Of a stretch of DNA of 64,000 nt, positions 27,490-41,655 are shown piece after piece. This DNA is from Octopus sinensis. Taxonomy: Eukaryota. The translations under genes were made by a program, and so were the position numbers. Positions within the stretch are counted from its first letter, which is position 1. Every line of letters begins with the position of its first letter. Under the pieces are notes generated by a model. The model saw nothing but the letters and a program-made list of their open reading frames with translations. It was not told where the DNA came from and made no database searches. The stretch is taken from the NCBI RefSeq assembly GCF_006345805.1, contig NC_042998.1, forward strand, positions 138,198,001-138,262,000, given 5' to 3'.

Positions 27490-27710
27490 TATAAGTAAAA
27501 AAACAAACAAGAAAAATTATCCAGAATCCTTGTCCGGTACCGGATAGATCTCTAAATCTAATCAGTTCGTGCCAGTCACGTGGCCAGACATCCCTGAAAG
27601 TTTCATCCGAATTCATCCAGCGGTTCCTGAGATATCTTCTCCACGGACAAACAAACAAGTAAACGCGACTGAAAACACTTCTTCCACTTTTGCTAAGGCG
27701 GAGGTAATAA
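27490..27710 (-). mobile_element. Non-autonomous Helentron/DINE-1-like element fragment
   Basis: Minus strand TTATTACCTCCGCC..short hairpin..(GTTT/GTCC) microsatellite..GATATCTCAG..GGATGAAACTTT. Confidence 0.5.
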
Positions 27711-27933
27711 TTGATTCTGAAGCAGTCTGCATGCATATATAGATATACATATATACGTATATATGTATGCATCTATGTATGTATGTATGTATGTATGTAT
27801 GTATGTATGTATGTATGTATGTATGTATGTATGTATGTATGTATGTATGTATGTATGTATGTATGTATGTATATATATATATAATTTATATTATTATGAT
27901 TGAACGCCACGCACCCATTTCCAAGTAAGTTTT

Positions 27934-28006
<73 letters not shown>

Positions 28007-28020
28007 AATCTATCTATCTA

Positions 28021-28173
<153 letters not shown>

Positions 28174-28202
28174 GAGTTAATTTATCACTAACTGCACTCT
28201 CA

Positions 28203-28378
28203 TACAAGAGGGCTGTTGACAGTGACTTCCAAGTTTCAGTCCGCTAAACCATCGACAGACTGTCCGAAACTTCGAATTCAACGAATTCACAGTCAGCATT
28301 TTGTATAAGAATAATAAATTTGTACTTTACTAAACATTGAAGTAACCCATCAGATAAATGTAAAATTGTTTTTATTAT
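28203..28378. mobile_element. Hammerhead-like insert family P, copy 1 (related to 50465-50883)
   Basis: ttgacagtgacttccaagtttc..gctaaaccatc..gactgtc and aagaataataaatttgtact..gtaaccc..aatgtaaaattgt are shared with 50465-50883. Confidence 0.7.
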
Positions 28379-28766
28379 AGCTGAACATAAAAGCAAATAT
28401 ACATATTAATTTTTCTTTTGTTTTCTGTCTTCTTCTGTCTTCCTCTGTCTCCTTCCCTCTTCCTTCCTTCCTTCTTTCCTTCCTTCCTTCCTTCCTTCCT
28501 TCCTTCCTTCCTTCCTTCCTTCTTTCCTCTGTTCTCTTTCTCCTTTTCTAAACAAGACAAAACAACATCTTTTTGATTTGTATGAAAAATAAAAGAAATT
28601 TTCTTTAAAACTTACCTGAAGAGTCTTCTTGAACGAACAAAAGCGCTATTAAACAATTATTCAAAATTCTGACTGTCTCTTTTTTAATACACAATATCTG
28701 TACATCACTTCAAACAGTCTATATACACACACACACACACACACACCATGTGCAGACGGAGGGAGT

Positions 28767-28854
<88 letters not shown>

Positions 28855-29459
28855 AGCTTTATCATATGGCAGTATGTGAAATCTTTCACCAGTTCGAAAG
28901 TACATCGAGAAATTAAGAGAACAGTCCAGTCTCCAAATAAATATAACTGCTGCTTTCTTAAGCTTCATAGCGAAACTGATTTTGTCTACTTCGAACTATA
29001 TTTCACCAAGTTAATTCAAAACATAGAAACATTTCCAGCCTTATTTACGTTAACTATGGAAAAAAAATTTAATATAAAACATTAAATATTTGAAAATATG
29101 TGAACATACATGTTAACGTAAATTATTTTATATGCATTTTACTTTTGTTTTATTACATATTACATCCCTATTTTTCACTGAAAATGTAGGACAATTATCA
29201 TCTCAAATCAAAATTATTTTAGATTTATAGTAGGACTGGTACCTTCCAGTTACGATCGAACGTCTAGAATTCTTTAAGAGTTATTAAAACATTAAACTTT
29301 AAACTATTTTGACCAATCAAGTATTCTTTATTAAACACGTTGGAGAAGGTTTGATTTAACTAAACTCTAGAATATGCTCGTGTGACTGCAGTTTAATAAC
29401 TGAAAAAAGTATAATAATAAAATCATAAAAGAATATGTATGCGTGTGTATGTGTGTGTG

Positions 29460-29722
29460 TGCACAAGGGATGTTAGGTGACAAACACAGACACACAAACA
29501 TATATACAACACAGATATAAATATATATATAATATATATTATATATATATTATATATATATATATATATATGCGACAGGCTTCTTTCAGTTTCCGTCTAC
29601 CAAATCCACTTACAAGGCTTTGATCGGCCCGAGACAATTGCCCAAGGTGTAACGCAGTGGGACTGAACTCGGAACCATGTGGTTGATAAGCAAGCTACTT
29701 ACCACATAGCCACTCCTGCGCC
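29460..29722 (-). mobile_element. SINE family A, 5' half
   Basis: GGCGCAGGAGTGGCTATGTGGTAAG head on the minus strand. Confidence 0.85.
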
Positions 29723-29763
29723 TATACACACGCACACACATATATATGTACACACGCATATAT

Positions 29764-30140
29764 ATTCTTTTATTCTTTTATTTGTTTTAGTCATTTGAAT
29801 GCGGCCATGCTGGAGCACCGCCTTTTGTCGAATAAATTGACCCCAGGACTTATCGCTTGTAAGTTTAGTATTTATTATATTGTCTCTTTTGCTGAACCGC
29901 AAAGTTACGAGCACATAAACACACCATCATCGGATATCAATTGATGGTTGTTGGGACAAATACACACACACACACACACACACACTTACGACGGGCTTCT
30001 TTCAGTTTCCGTCTATCAAATCCACTCACGGGGTCTGCCCGAGGTTACAGTAGAAGACACCTGCCCATGGTGCAATGCAGTGAGACTGAACTCGGAACCG
30101 TATGGTTGGGAAGCAAGCTTCTTTCCACACAGCCACATGC
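29764..30140 (-). mobile_element. SINE family A
   Basis: Near full-length copy in tandem with the previous one. Confidence 0.85.
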
Positions 30141-30733
30141 ATATATCATTACGTAAGAATCACTAGCTAAAATATATACACGTACATATTACGCATAGTG
30201 CAAATATTATCTGATATAGAACTGAGTTCTTGGGACAGAGTGGGAAGATATGTTATTTCAGTAAACATGAGAGACGTGATCAACTGCATAGTAAAACTTG
30301 AGTAGACTGATACTTTTATATATATAATAAACGCACGTGCACAAACACACGCACGCACACACACAAACACGCACGCGCACACACACACACACACATATAC
30401 GCACACATACACACACACTCACACACATACTCATAAACAATTAAACAATTACCACATGCGCATGCATCCCGTTGGACTACATACATTCGTACACGCAAAC
30501 ACACACACACACACGAATACACACATCTCAAAATTAAATAGACACCCCTTAATTAACCGTTTTATTTGTGCTAACATTATCTGGTGCTTCGAACGTAATT
30601 GTTAATGTATTAAACACAAAGTACATCTACTAAATGTTAGATTAAGTATTTAAAATACGTGAGATGACATTATTTTGCTTCCAGAAATAAATCTTTCAAA
30701 AAATGGTGGTGTCTCTTTTGAAGACGTGTGTGT

Positions 30734-30823
<90 letters not shown>

Positions 30824-31605
30824 ATATGTATATGTATAAACATGTATATATATGCACACATTATATTTATAGAAGTTTTCATGTATACGGAGTATAGACA
30901 TTTATACTTAAGTGCAGACCAGCATTGCAATAAATACATACACATGTGTATGAGCACGTGTGTATAGAAGCATACACACACATACACATGCATACATAGA
31001 TGTAGACACACACACACACAAACACACAGAAACACACACACACATAAATATATATATATATACATACATACATACATGCAGACATACATACATATATAAA
31101 TGCCTATATATGTGTGTGAATGTATCTGTGCGTGAGTGTGTAGCTCCTGTGAGCAAGAACATTGGCATATGTCTTCTGTTTCACATTCTATTATCGGCTT
31201 GAAGATTCCTCTCGTCAGTTCGGTTCTAGATGAGTAAAGGTCATCGGTCTCAGAAGGCCAGAATGGCCATACAACATTCCTGGCAGTTACCAAGAGACCA
31301 GAACTGCTGAGCTAGCAGAGAATATTATGAGAAGTACTTCGAACCAGGTGACCTCAAACGAGAAGACACTTTGGACACAAGATATCAATGGCTCTGCAAC
31401 AGAAGCAACTAGGAATCAAATATGATGTATGCGTGTTCATCACTCCCTTGCTCTCCCTCTCTTTCTTTCTTTCTCTCTCTCTCTCTCTTTCTCTCCCTCT
31501 CTCCACGCTTTCGCTTTCTCTGTCTCAAGTTGATTTTTTTATTCTTCCAGTTATAGACACGCGCACACATACACATTCACTCAATACTCGCTCATATAGA
31601 CAGAA

Positions 31606-31651
<46 letters not shown>

Positions 31652-31699
31652 CTCATTCCCTTCTGAGTAGGATGAGCTGGAAGACCTTATGTCGATATG

Positions 31700-31733
<34 letters not shown>

Positions 31734-31796
31734 TTGTTTATAACATTACACACATCAGATATATATGTAAAATACATCAGATATATAGATAATATC

Positions 31797-31837
<41 letters not shown>

Positions 31838-32201
31838 ATATATATATATATATTATATATATATAATATATTATATATATATATTACATATATATATACA
31901 TATATATGTGTGTGTATATATATGTATATTATATACCATATATATATGTATATATATATATCAATACATACATATATATGTGTGTATATACAAATACACA
32001 TATATAAACACATAAATATGCGTATATAAATATATATACATGCATATCTATTAATATATATGTTTATGTAATTGTTGTACTATGTAATACAATAAATATG
32101 CCTATCTTTGTGTAGAGACAGTCACACACCCCCACATATATACACATACACATATATATGCATACCTATATATATGTACTCATGCCTGTATATGTATCAA
32201 T

Positions 32202-32251
<50 letters not shown>

Positions 32252-32561
32252 ATGTGTCTATATGCATGCATATATATATATATGTTTATATATATTTATC
32301 TGTGTGTAAGTATTCATGTGTATATATGCATATATGTTCGTGTGTGCGTGCATGTGAAGTCGTGCACCTCGACGATATGCAGTCTCATGGGAGTTGCTGT
32401 CAATGGCAAGGTGTATAGCCTCGGTGTCAGGTCCTTGAAACCGAAGCAGGTTGCAACAGCGTCGTAACTGTCATACAAATATCAGAAGCAAAGCATTCGG
32501 TAAAATGAAGTTCTCCGAAGTTTAACGGGAAAGAGGAATAGATAGATAGATAGATAGATAG

Positions 32562-32632
<71 letters not shown>

Positions 32633-33289
32633 AGGAAAGAGAGAGATTTGGTATGGTAGAACGGATAGGATAAACATAAATGAAGATAAGAAGCAGAATG
32701 CCACAACAGTGAAATATCGAGCAGCAACTCGGAAAAGGCTCAGCCTTAAATAAAATTCTCCTCTCTCTCTCTCTCTCTCTACATGTATGTATGTATGTAT
32801 GTATGTATGTATGTGTGTATGTATGTATGTATGTATGTATGTATGTGTGTAAGGCTGGATAGATGGGTGGATGGGTGGGTGGATAGATGCGTTCTCATCT
32901 GTGTTCAATTATTTGGAGTCTTCTTGTAACGAAGGAGGCGATATCTAACGAACTTGCAAACCTCTGTCGTTGGAAAGTAGTTAAAAAAAAAAACAAATCC
33001 CTGTTTTAAGCTTAAGTAAAGTCTTGCATATTTTTACTGTTCGCTTAAAGACTACATTTGTAATGTGCATATTTGCTAGTTATTTTTTCTTTTTCTGAAA
33101 ACCCTACTTTTTCCACTTAGGCATTTACTTACAAAACAAAATGAAGCACACCAATTATTAATGGTATAAAATTGAATTTATAATCTAGATATAGAAACTG
33201 GTGGTTTCAAGAAGTTGTCCGTAGTTATCCTCTTTCCATTTTATTTTTGAAGAGATATTCACATGAAATGTGTAGCTGACGTCTATGAA

Positions 33290-34011
33290 ATAAATGCGCC
33301 CCTTTAAAGCCTAGCCAGGCTCATGGGCCCAGTTTCCCGGTTTCCATGGCGTATGTGTTCCCAAGCTGGATGGCACGCCAGTCCATCGCAGCGTTACTCA
33401 TTTTTGCTAGCTGAGTGGACTGGAGTAACGTGAAATGAAGTGTTTTGCTCAAGAACACAACGCATCGCCCGGTCCAGGAATCGAAACCACAATCTTAGTT
33501 AGTTAGTTAATTTTTTGGCTCAAAAAGCAAAAAGCAAGGCCATGTACGGGGACATGGAGTTATGTACAGGGTGGTGTTCATGTAAAGAGTTCAGGCCACT
33601 TGTGGTCAAGGGAGACTTTGAACCGAGCGGTCGTCGGCATCTTCACTATCTCGTCCGGCAGCTTATTCCACGGATCCGCAACCCGGACGGAGAAAGGCCC
33701 TCTCCTTCGATTGAGATGAAATCGTCGCAGATAGAGCTTTTCGGAGTGATCCGACGCTCTGGAGCAGGAGTGAAAAACAGCTCTTTCGAGAGGTTACACT
33801 TTCCGCTTATGATGCTGTGAGCAAGAATGAGATCACCACGGCATTGTCGTTTTTCTAGAGAATAAAGGTCGAGCGTCTTCAGCCTTTCTTCATAAGACAA
33901 ATGCTTGAGACCAAGAACCATGCATGTAGCCAGCTTCTGGACTCTTTCGAGATGCTGTATGTCTTACGATCATGATGCTGATACCCTAACCACTAAGTCA
34001 CGCGCCTCCAC
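33290..34011 (-). mobile_element. tRNA-derived SINE with V-domain-like body, split by a CR1 insertion
   Basis: Head GTGGAGGCGCGTGACTTAGTGGTTAG..|..GGTTTCGATTCCTGG; TGTGTTCTTGAGCAAAACACTT; GCGATGGACTGGCGTGCCATCCAG..GAAACCGGG. Confidence 0.8.
33498..33961 (-). mobile_element. 5'-truncated CR1-clade LINE 3' end
   Basis: MVLGLKHLSYEERLKTLDLYSLEKRQCRGDLI; (TAAC)n tail; tctta duplicated at 33493-33497 and 33962-33966. Confidence 0.9.
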
Positions 34012-34397
34012 AGCAGACGTCTATGACGATACATTTATTCTTGCCTGTCTCAAACAATAATGTCTGACTTGTTATGTTTGCCCCTGGTAGAAGCTTTGAT
34101 GAAAATGCTCCACCAATCTTCCTTGAGTCGATATATGTATGTATGTATGTATGTACGTATGTATGTATGTATGTACGTATGTACGTATGTATGTATGTAT
34201 GTATGTATGTATGTATGTATGTATGTATGTATGTATGTATGTATGTATGTTTGTATGTATGTGAGTGTTTGTGTTTGTATGTATGTATGTATGTATGTAT
34301 GTATGTATGTGTCCTAGTCCTTGTCTGTTTATGTTACTTTGTTTAAAAGCGGTATTCAGTTTATGTTGTGTCTTTTTCTATTCCTTACCATAGTGGT

Positions 34398-34470
34398 TCT
34401 ATAAATAGAGACGGATAAAGTAAGTACCAAAAATAAATTAGTACTGGCTCCAATGACTGAAACTAGTAAA
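34398..34470 (+). mobile_element. SINE family A 3' tail fragment
   Basis: taagtacc..caatgactgaaactagtaaaa. Confidence 0.45.
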
Positions 34471-35397
34471 AATCAGTAGATAAAAAACCATATATTTACA
34501 CATATCTCCACACACGCAAACGCACAGACACAAACATACCCAGATACAGACACACACACATACGCATATATCCATACACACGTATATGCATATATGTGTT
34601 CGTGTATGCATATATGTTGGAGATTCAGCAAACCAGTATCGTAACACCTACTGCAAGAGGCGTCCATGATTTCTACATTTGTAGATAAGAGTGTAAATCT
34701 CCAGCAATTGAGAAAAGCTACACCCACGATGTGCATATTTAAGAGAAAAATCAAGCAACGGCAGCCATCGTGTAAGTATGTATGTATGTATGTATGTATG
34801 TATGCATGCATGCATGCATGCATGTATGTATTTATGTATCTACGTGTGCATATCTATATGCATAAGTATATATATGCATACCTATACATGTCGTCTGCTT
34901 TCCATTTGGTCGTGTGATATAGTGCGTCGTCTGCCCTATATCAAGTTGTACACCTTATGGAATACTGATTTTTTTGAAAAAACAAAATAATATAAACGTC
35001 TAAAAATGCTGCCCCAAATTTAATGGCTATGAATACATAATCCCACATTTCAAAACCTAATTTTATAGTTTGGACGAATTAGCATTAATGTTAATATTTT
35101 ACGTAACCAAATGAAATATAAAGTTAAAACAGAACAGTAAACTATTTTGTAGCGTTGCCATTTACAATCCCAGTTCCTGTTATAAAAAATGACGCATTTA
35201 AAGTTGCACAAATAAAAAGTAAATTAATTGTAAAATATATTTATGTATTTCAATATAATAATGAGTTTTGAAAATGTATAAAAATATAAGCCATTCATCA
35301 TATATTTCGCAATTTTTTAAAAATCTAATGGTAAAATACAGATAAATCACCAATTCCTGTACATTCGAATATGACTCTGTAATTGGAGATGTATATA

Positions 35398-35444
<47 letters not shown>

Positions 35445-35475
35445 CTGTGTGTGTGTGTTTGTGTGTATGTATACG

Positions 35476-35528
<53 letters not shown>

Positions 35529-35864
35529 GCATATATATGCATATATGTATATATGTATATATGTATATATGTATATATGTATATATGCATATATGTATAT
35601 ATGTATATACATATATAGATACATACATATATACATACACATACATACATACATACATACATACATACATACATACATACATACATACATACATAATACA
35701 CGCACGCACACACATATAGAGTCTATTTAAAGTTAGATTTACATAAACTCTTTTTGACTGACCGTGTGATGATGATTTTAATTGGAAAACAAAAAAAAAG
35801 AAAAGAAAAATCCTTAGACGAAAGCAAAAATAAGGTAAAACGCGAGAGGAAGAGAAAGATAGGT

Positions 35865-35896
<32 letters not shown>

Positions 35897-37027
35897 GGGG
35901 AGAGAGACAGACAGACAGAGTGGGTAGTGTTTGGAGAGAGAATAAGAGGGAGGGAGCTAGAGAGATATAGAGAGTGGCGGTGGTGGGGAATGAAGAGTAA
36001 AAATACTGTGTGTTCTTTAACAACCATTCCACGTTTGATTCTCATAAAGGCTTCGCAGATATTTATTGTCCCGGCTCTGGTACTCATTTGAAGTTTGTGA
36101 ATTATAGAGTTACTGATACAATCCAATATCCCTATAAACAGTGAAAAATGTGTATTTCAGACCGACATCCATTTAACAGCATCAACATTGTCCGTCGGTT
36201 TTAGTCTGAAATATTTTATATCATTTTTCTATAATCTTTTAATGTTGTGCTCTATAAATTTTCCATTACGCCCGATTATGTAACACATTAAAAATACAAT
36301 TTCATCGTATCGCACGTTGAATATAACATGGCACGTATATCTCTCTAACTCATAGAATCTGTGGACATTTTATCGTCAGATTCTTTAACGGTCGTTTTGG
36401 TTTTAGCACATTAAAAACGGTGGATCGCCGTCTATGACTGAATGTATTCTACTTCATAACAAGAGCAAAGTTTGAAACTTTGCTCGGTGATAAGTACATT
36501 TTGAAAATGAATATAAAGTTAAAAATAAATAAATAAATAGTGAAGCAATGGTCGCTGGAAATGAGTTTACCATTTACCTTCTCTAGTAAGAACAATGTCA
36601 GAAAGACTTTGTTTTTGTTTTTATTTTGAGGCCTAAATAGACGGTTCTGTTCAAGGATGTGGCATTAGATGAGATTTCACACTTATTTAAACTGAACTCA
36701 CTATTTTACGACCCACGCATATTTACATGGGGTAGTAGACTTAGTCCATCACCCGTTTAACAGTAATATCACCTGGTACCCTTGTTGCCTTTAGCGGAGT
36801 CTATTTGGTTGCAAGCGTTTGGACCAAATCCCCAGTCTGTAGATAACTTCCTACTTCCCTCCCACCAGTTCTTGGAAGCCTTGTAAAGGTTCCCAGCCAT
36901 TACCTTTACCCTTCAATAAAAAATGAAAACCACACACTTGCATATACATATCATCATAACCATTTATAAGACAATGAAGAAATCTGTAAATGTTAGCTAA
37001 ACCTTAAAATTAACAGCCATATCTTCC

Positions 37028-37420
37028 TTAATCCTTTTGGTAACAACTTGACTAAGACAATCCTGGTTCTATGACATAAACTCCCTATTGTTAAGGTTGA
37101 CTAAATTAAAACCATGCATAAAAATTTCAAATTCGTTCATGTTTTAAACCTCAGCTTAATAATAACAAAGTTATTTAACTAAATTCCCCCTTATTTTCAA
37201 AAATAATTCTTACAAAGGCAGTGTATCTCAACAGAAAATACGCTAAGAAAAGTGTTGAAGTGATCTAAATTACAATCTTCCACCAAATTTTCACATTAAT
37301 TTACATTCCAAACACCACATTAATAATGACTGAATTATTTTACAAAATTTTTCCTTATCTTCGATATTCATTGTAACAAAAGCAATGTATTTAAGAAAAA
37401 TATCTTAATAAAAGCATCAA
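37028..37420. mobile_element. Degraded piggyBac-like MITE with duplicated distal half
   Basis: ttaatcctttt start, aaaagtgttga end at about 37258; 37095-37258 is repeated in diverged form at 37259-37420. Confidence 0.35.
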
Positions 37421-37833
37421 AAACATTTCTCTCTTAAAAAGTGAGAAATGCATTGAATATCTTGTATAGATATATTATGTATAAAGGACGGCTTCGTTGG
37501 TTACGACTGAAACTAGAGACACCACTGTAGTTGGTGTCCCCCAGTGCAACTGCATCTAGTTCAACAGCAGCTGGCTAAGTGAAAGACTATCAAATCGTTT
37601 AGATTTCGTGTAAGATAAATTGCGTTAGATATTTGATATATCTGATGTCCATTGATCGCATCTGTTTAATTCACACAGAAATATAATCATAGCACCGACT
37701 GCCTATTGATTCATTGTGCACTTGAATGATTAGTCAGTTGAACTTATATATTTACTGATAATGCTAATGTTAAGTAATGAACACATGTGGGCTATTTTGC
37801 CTAATCCTTTCTTCCTTTTTTACCATGTTGGCT

Positions 37834-37872
37834 CTATGTTCCCGAAGAAGGAATAATATCGAAACGTCATAG
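37834..37872 (+). ncRNA. Degenerate hammerhead-like motif
   Basis: ctatg..CCGAAGA-N12-GAAACGTC-atag. Confidence 0.3.
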
Positions 37873-38239
37873 TTAATTCTTTCCACTTCTCCGAGACTCA
37901 TCATTAAAATTCTGATCGCGAACTTATTCAATCTGTTTTGTTGATTTTATTTGGTTCCTTCCCCAACCCTTTCCTCACTATCTGCTTATTTCTGTATGAA
38001 GGTGTGTGTGTGTGTGCGCGCGTGCGCGCGTGTGTATACACACATATACGTACACTCATGTGCTGACACGTATACACACATATATACATATATGTTTTAT
38101 ATGTATGTTCATGTATATATATATATATACATATATATACACACACACATATTTATACATATATATACATATATATATACATATATATACACCATACATA
38201 TATATGAGTGTATGTAAACACACACATTCACGCTCACAC

Positions 38240-38294
<55 letters not shown>

Positions 38295-39147
38295 GTGCAT
38301 TTGGTGGTTAAACAAGTGAATTATGTTCCTGTCATTCGCGCCTAACTCTGCACCTCTCCAGGACCACAAATTACGCGGGATCGGACCGAAACCAAACATC
38401 TATAATTCATAACCAAACGTCGTTCCAGCGATGTAATGTCTACGAGCAGCGTCCCGGAAAACTTAAATGGAATGGAATAGACGTTTAACGGATGACCAAG
38501 TGTACGACTTGTTTCACTTGGTCTGGGTTGGGTTCGGGGCTATAGGAACGAGAGGCTCGATTAGTTTAATCAAACAGTTCTTCTTTCACTTAAGTTTTCT
38601 CAGCCTACGCCTTTGCATTCACTCGTTGCCCTGTCTTGTTTCCCATTAATCGTCTCTTTCCAACCTTCTCATTTTTTTCTCTGCTCATCCCTTTTTCGTT
38701 CTGCATTTCTTTCTCCCTCCCCCACTGTCTCTCACTGACCCTGTGTCTCTGTATCTCTACACAATGGAAGCTTGCCAGTGTCTATTGTTTCAGACTATGG
38801 GAGGTCTTAAGCACTGATACTAAGAGCCCTAGGTGGTCGAAATGTTGCCGATGATGCCTAAATTCACCTTCCATCTTTTTGTTAAGATGATATATTAATC
38901 ACTTATGCACACACAAACACACTGATAAACACATGAACAACTGATAAACACATGAACAACGTATATACTTATACATACTCATTTTGAAACACAAGCATAT
39001 TGTAACTTAGTTAAATAGTCGCAAAAATATACGTGTAGAACATACATCGACATAAGAAATATATTTACATATAACTAACGTTTATAAACATATCCTCATC
39101 TGCTGAAGCACGCACATATGCATAAATACATTTAGACATCCACAAAG

Positions 39148-39183
<36 letters not shown>

Positions 39184-39544
39184 GCACGCACACACTTGCT
39201 CGTATATAGATGCACAGAGATGCACACGTGCATGACTTATATATTTCTTTAACGCTTAAGCAGACCCACACCGTAGCAGTCTTAAGTAAGGGAAACCTTT
39301 AAACGAAATGGAGACAAAAGCAAGCTTGGCAAAGAATGACGGGTGAGTGAACGATAAAAAAAAATAAAGACTGAAAAGAGAAGGGAAAGAAAGAAGTGTT
39401 ACAATTTTTGAAAGACTTTCATCCAACCACGGATTTCTCGCATAGAAATACATCATGCTGTCGAAAATTTAACTATCATGGTGCATTGTCTATTTGTCAT
39501 GGTAAGGCAGTAGCAAGAGATAAAAAATTCATTTCGTTAAATAC

Positions 39545-39620
39545 GATTAACCGGAAGTGATGATGTATATTCGCCATCTTGAGACCTGATTGACGTAATC
39601 ATTCTGTTTTCATGACGTTT
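39545..39620. promoter_or_regulatory. Promoter-like motif cluster (ETS, YY1, CRE-like)
   Basis: CCGGAAGT (39551), CGCCATCTT (39572), TGACGTAA (39591) and TGACGT (39613) within 70 bp of non-repetitive DNA. Confidence 0.4.
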
Positions 39621-39900
39621 GTTTTTTTCCCCTACAATCCAGAAAGAGTTATAGAAGAAGGAGAGTGGATTGTTAATTTCTGAGTTTAAATAGAGCTTTC
39701 AAGAAAATGATTAACATTTTCGTCATAATTTTTTGCTTTATTTATTGTTTTGCTTTTCTAGAAAAATATTGTTTTCCACTTCACCTGGATCACACTAGTG
39801 ATATTGTATACAAAATAACCGGTTGTCCGAACGCACCGATAAACATACATACGTACATACATATATACATACATACATACATACATACATGCATATATGC

Positions 39901-39952
<52 letters not shown>

Positions 39953-39960
39953 ATATATAT

Positions 39961-39993
<33 letters not shown>

Positions 39994-39998
39994 TATAC

Positions 39999-40062
<64 letters not shown>

Positions 40063-40435
40063 GGGGGGGGGGAAGGTAAGGAGAAAAATAAGCGAAAATG
40101 CACACTGGAAATCAAAAAAAGTAAAGGCGTTTTATGAAAAGTAACCATAGATATATACAATTAGATAACTGAGGTAGGAATAAAAGTAATAAAAGTCATT
40201 ATTGTGAATTGTTAAAGAGATGTAAAAGCACACCGGTTTCGTAAATTTACTAATAATTACTTTGAATGCACACCGATTAATGAACGGTGCCAGGTCGACT
40301 AGTCCCTGAATAAAAAGATCATGTGTAAGGGAGGTAAGTAGTTCTGGATTTGGTGCAATTAGGGTAGATATAGATCTGTAATGTGAATGGGGGTTAGTGG
40401 TATTAATTGAAAGGTTGGTAGTGTTCTGTATTATG

Positions 40436-41655
40436 TTATGTGTTCATATTGAGTTGGGGAAGATATTTATTGATAAAAGTTGCCTCTTTATTCATTCTTT
40501 GTTTTACTGAGGTATTCTGTGAACATTGATAGAAGGTGAAAATTAGGAAATTAGGATTAAGATTCCTAGCACACCGATCTATGTGCTCACTAACCTGTAT
40601 CTGTCTGTATTGTGAGTGGCGGATTTGTTCTTTGTGGAGAGTGGTTCTTCGATGGAGTGATATTCCTGTTTGGCCAATATAATTATTACCACACCCTAAG
40701 CATGTAATGGCATAGATTAGATTTTCCGAGGCACAGATGAAATTTGATTTGATCTTAAATATTTCACCTTGTTTAAAGTGGAATTCTGAACCCTCCAAAA
40801 GGTGGGAGCATGTACCACAGTTAGGTCGACCACATTTTTTCACTTTTGATTCTGTTCTTAATGGATATAGTCTTGCGCTGGTTAATATTTTTTTTCAGTG
40901 ATTTAGGTTGCATTTTGCTTTTGATAATTTTGTATGAGCTTAAAATTTTGTTCATTGTTTTATCTCCAGTGAGGAGGGGAAGATTTTGGGTGATAATGTT
41001 GAAAGCTTCGTTGTTTCTAGGGTTATGTGTGGAGATGTACGGGAGTATTTTTAAGTCTGGTTTAGTATTTCGGTTGACTTCCCTTAATGTTCGTATATCT
41101 ATTTCCATAGCTCGTTTAATGCCCTCATTTATTAATGATATTGGGTAATGTCTTTTGATTAGTATTGATCTGAGTTCAAGGAGTCTTCGTTCACGAGTAT
41201 AGGTGTCTGAAACTATGGTACAGATTCTTTTCGCTAGATTATAAGGTATATTAATTTTTATGTGTTTGGGGTGGCATGAGTTGAATAATAGGTATTGTTT
41301 AGAATCTGTGGGTTTATAAAAGATGTCTGTTTCGACGTGGTTATTGACTGTTTTAATTAGGCTGTCAAGAAAAGGGAGTTGTTTACTGCTGTGCTCCATG
41401 GTGAATTGTATGTTGCTATCAATATTGTTAAGCATTATTTTGAAATCGAGGAGTTTGTCCATGCTGTCTTTCCAAAGTATAAAGCAATCATCCGAATACC
41501 TCTTCCAGTTCTCCTTTAAATAGCAATGAAATGAGGTACCATATTTTTGTAGTGATGATTGATATAACTTAAGCTCCAGTGATTGCGAACCTTGTAATGG
41601 GTTACCATTACAAGGTTCGCAATCACTGGAGCAGCTCGGGTTCCAATTGCAGCAC
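40436..41655 (-). pseudogene. Penelope-like RT C-half plus GIY-YIG endonuclease
   Basis: AIGTRAAPVIANLVM; WKRYSDD; LPFLD; TDIFYKPTD..YL.F.SCHP; C..C..C linker; NLIYAITCLGC..YIGQT..R..H; LN terminus; frameshift near 40840. Confidence 0.92.
41573..41632. repeat. Perfect 28-bp-arm hairpin inside the RT coding region
   Basis: gctccagtgattgcgaaccttgtaatgg-gtta-ccattacaaggttcgcaatcactggagc. Confidence 0.95.

Larger units (their letters stand above)
40075..41655 (-). mobile_element. 5'-truncated Penelope-like element (Neptune-like) with 3' pLTR
   Basis: RT and GIY-YIG coding remnants, then a 3' region with GAAACCGGT (about 40232-40240), ending at a (TA)n tract. Confidence 0.85.

Noticed and set aside
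28616-28697. Possible minus-strand exon ending in CAG|GTAAG
   Set aside because: Good donor but no polypyrimidine acceptor or coding signal; cannot be supported without RNA data
40228-40270. Hammerhead in the 40-kb Penelope pLTR
   Set aside because: GAAACCGGT and a gtaaatttac hairpin are present, but the CUGANGA strand is not recognisable
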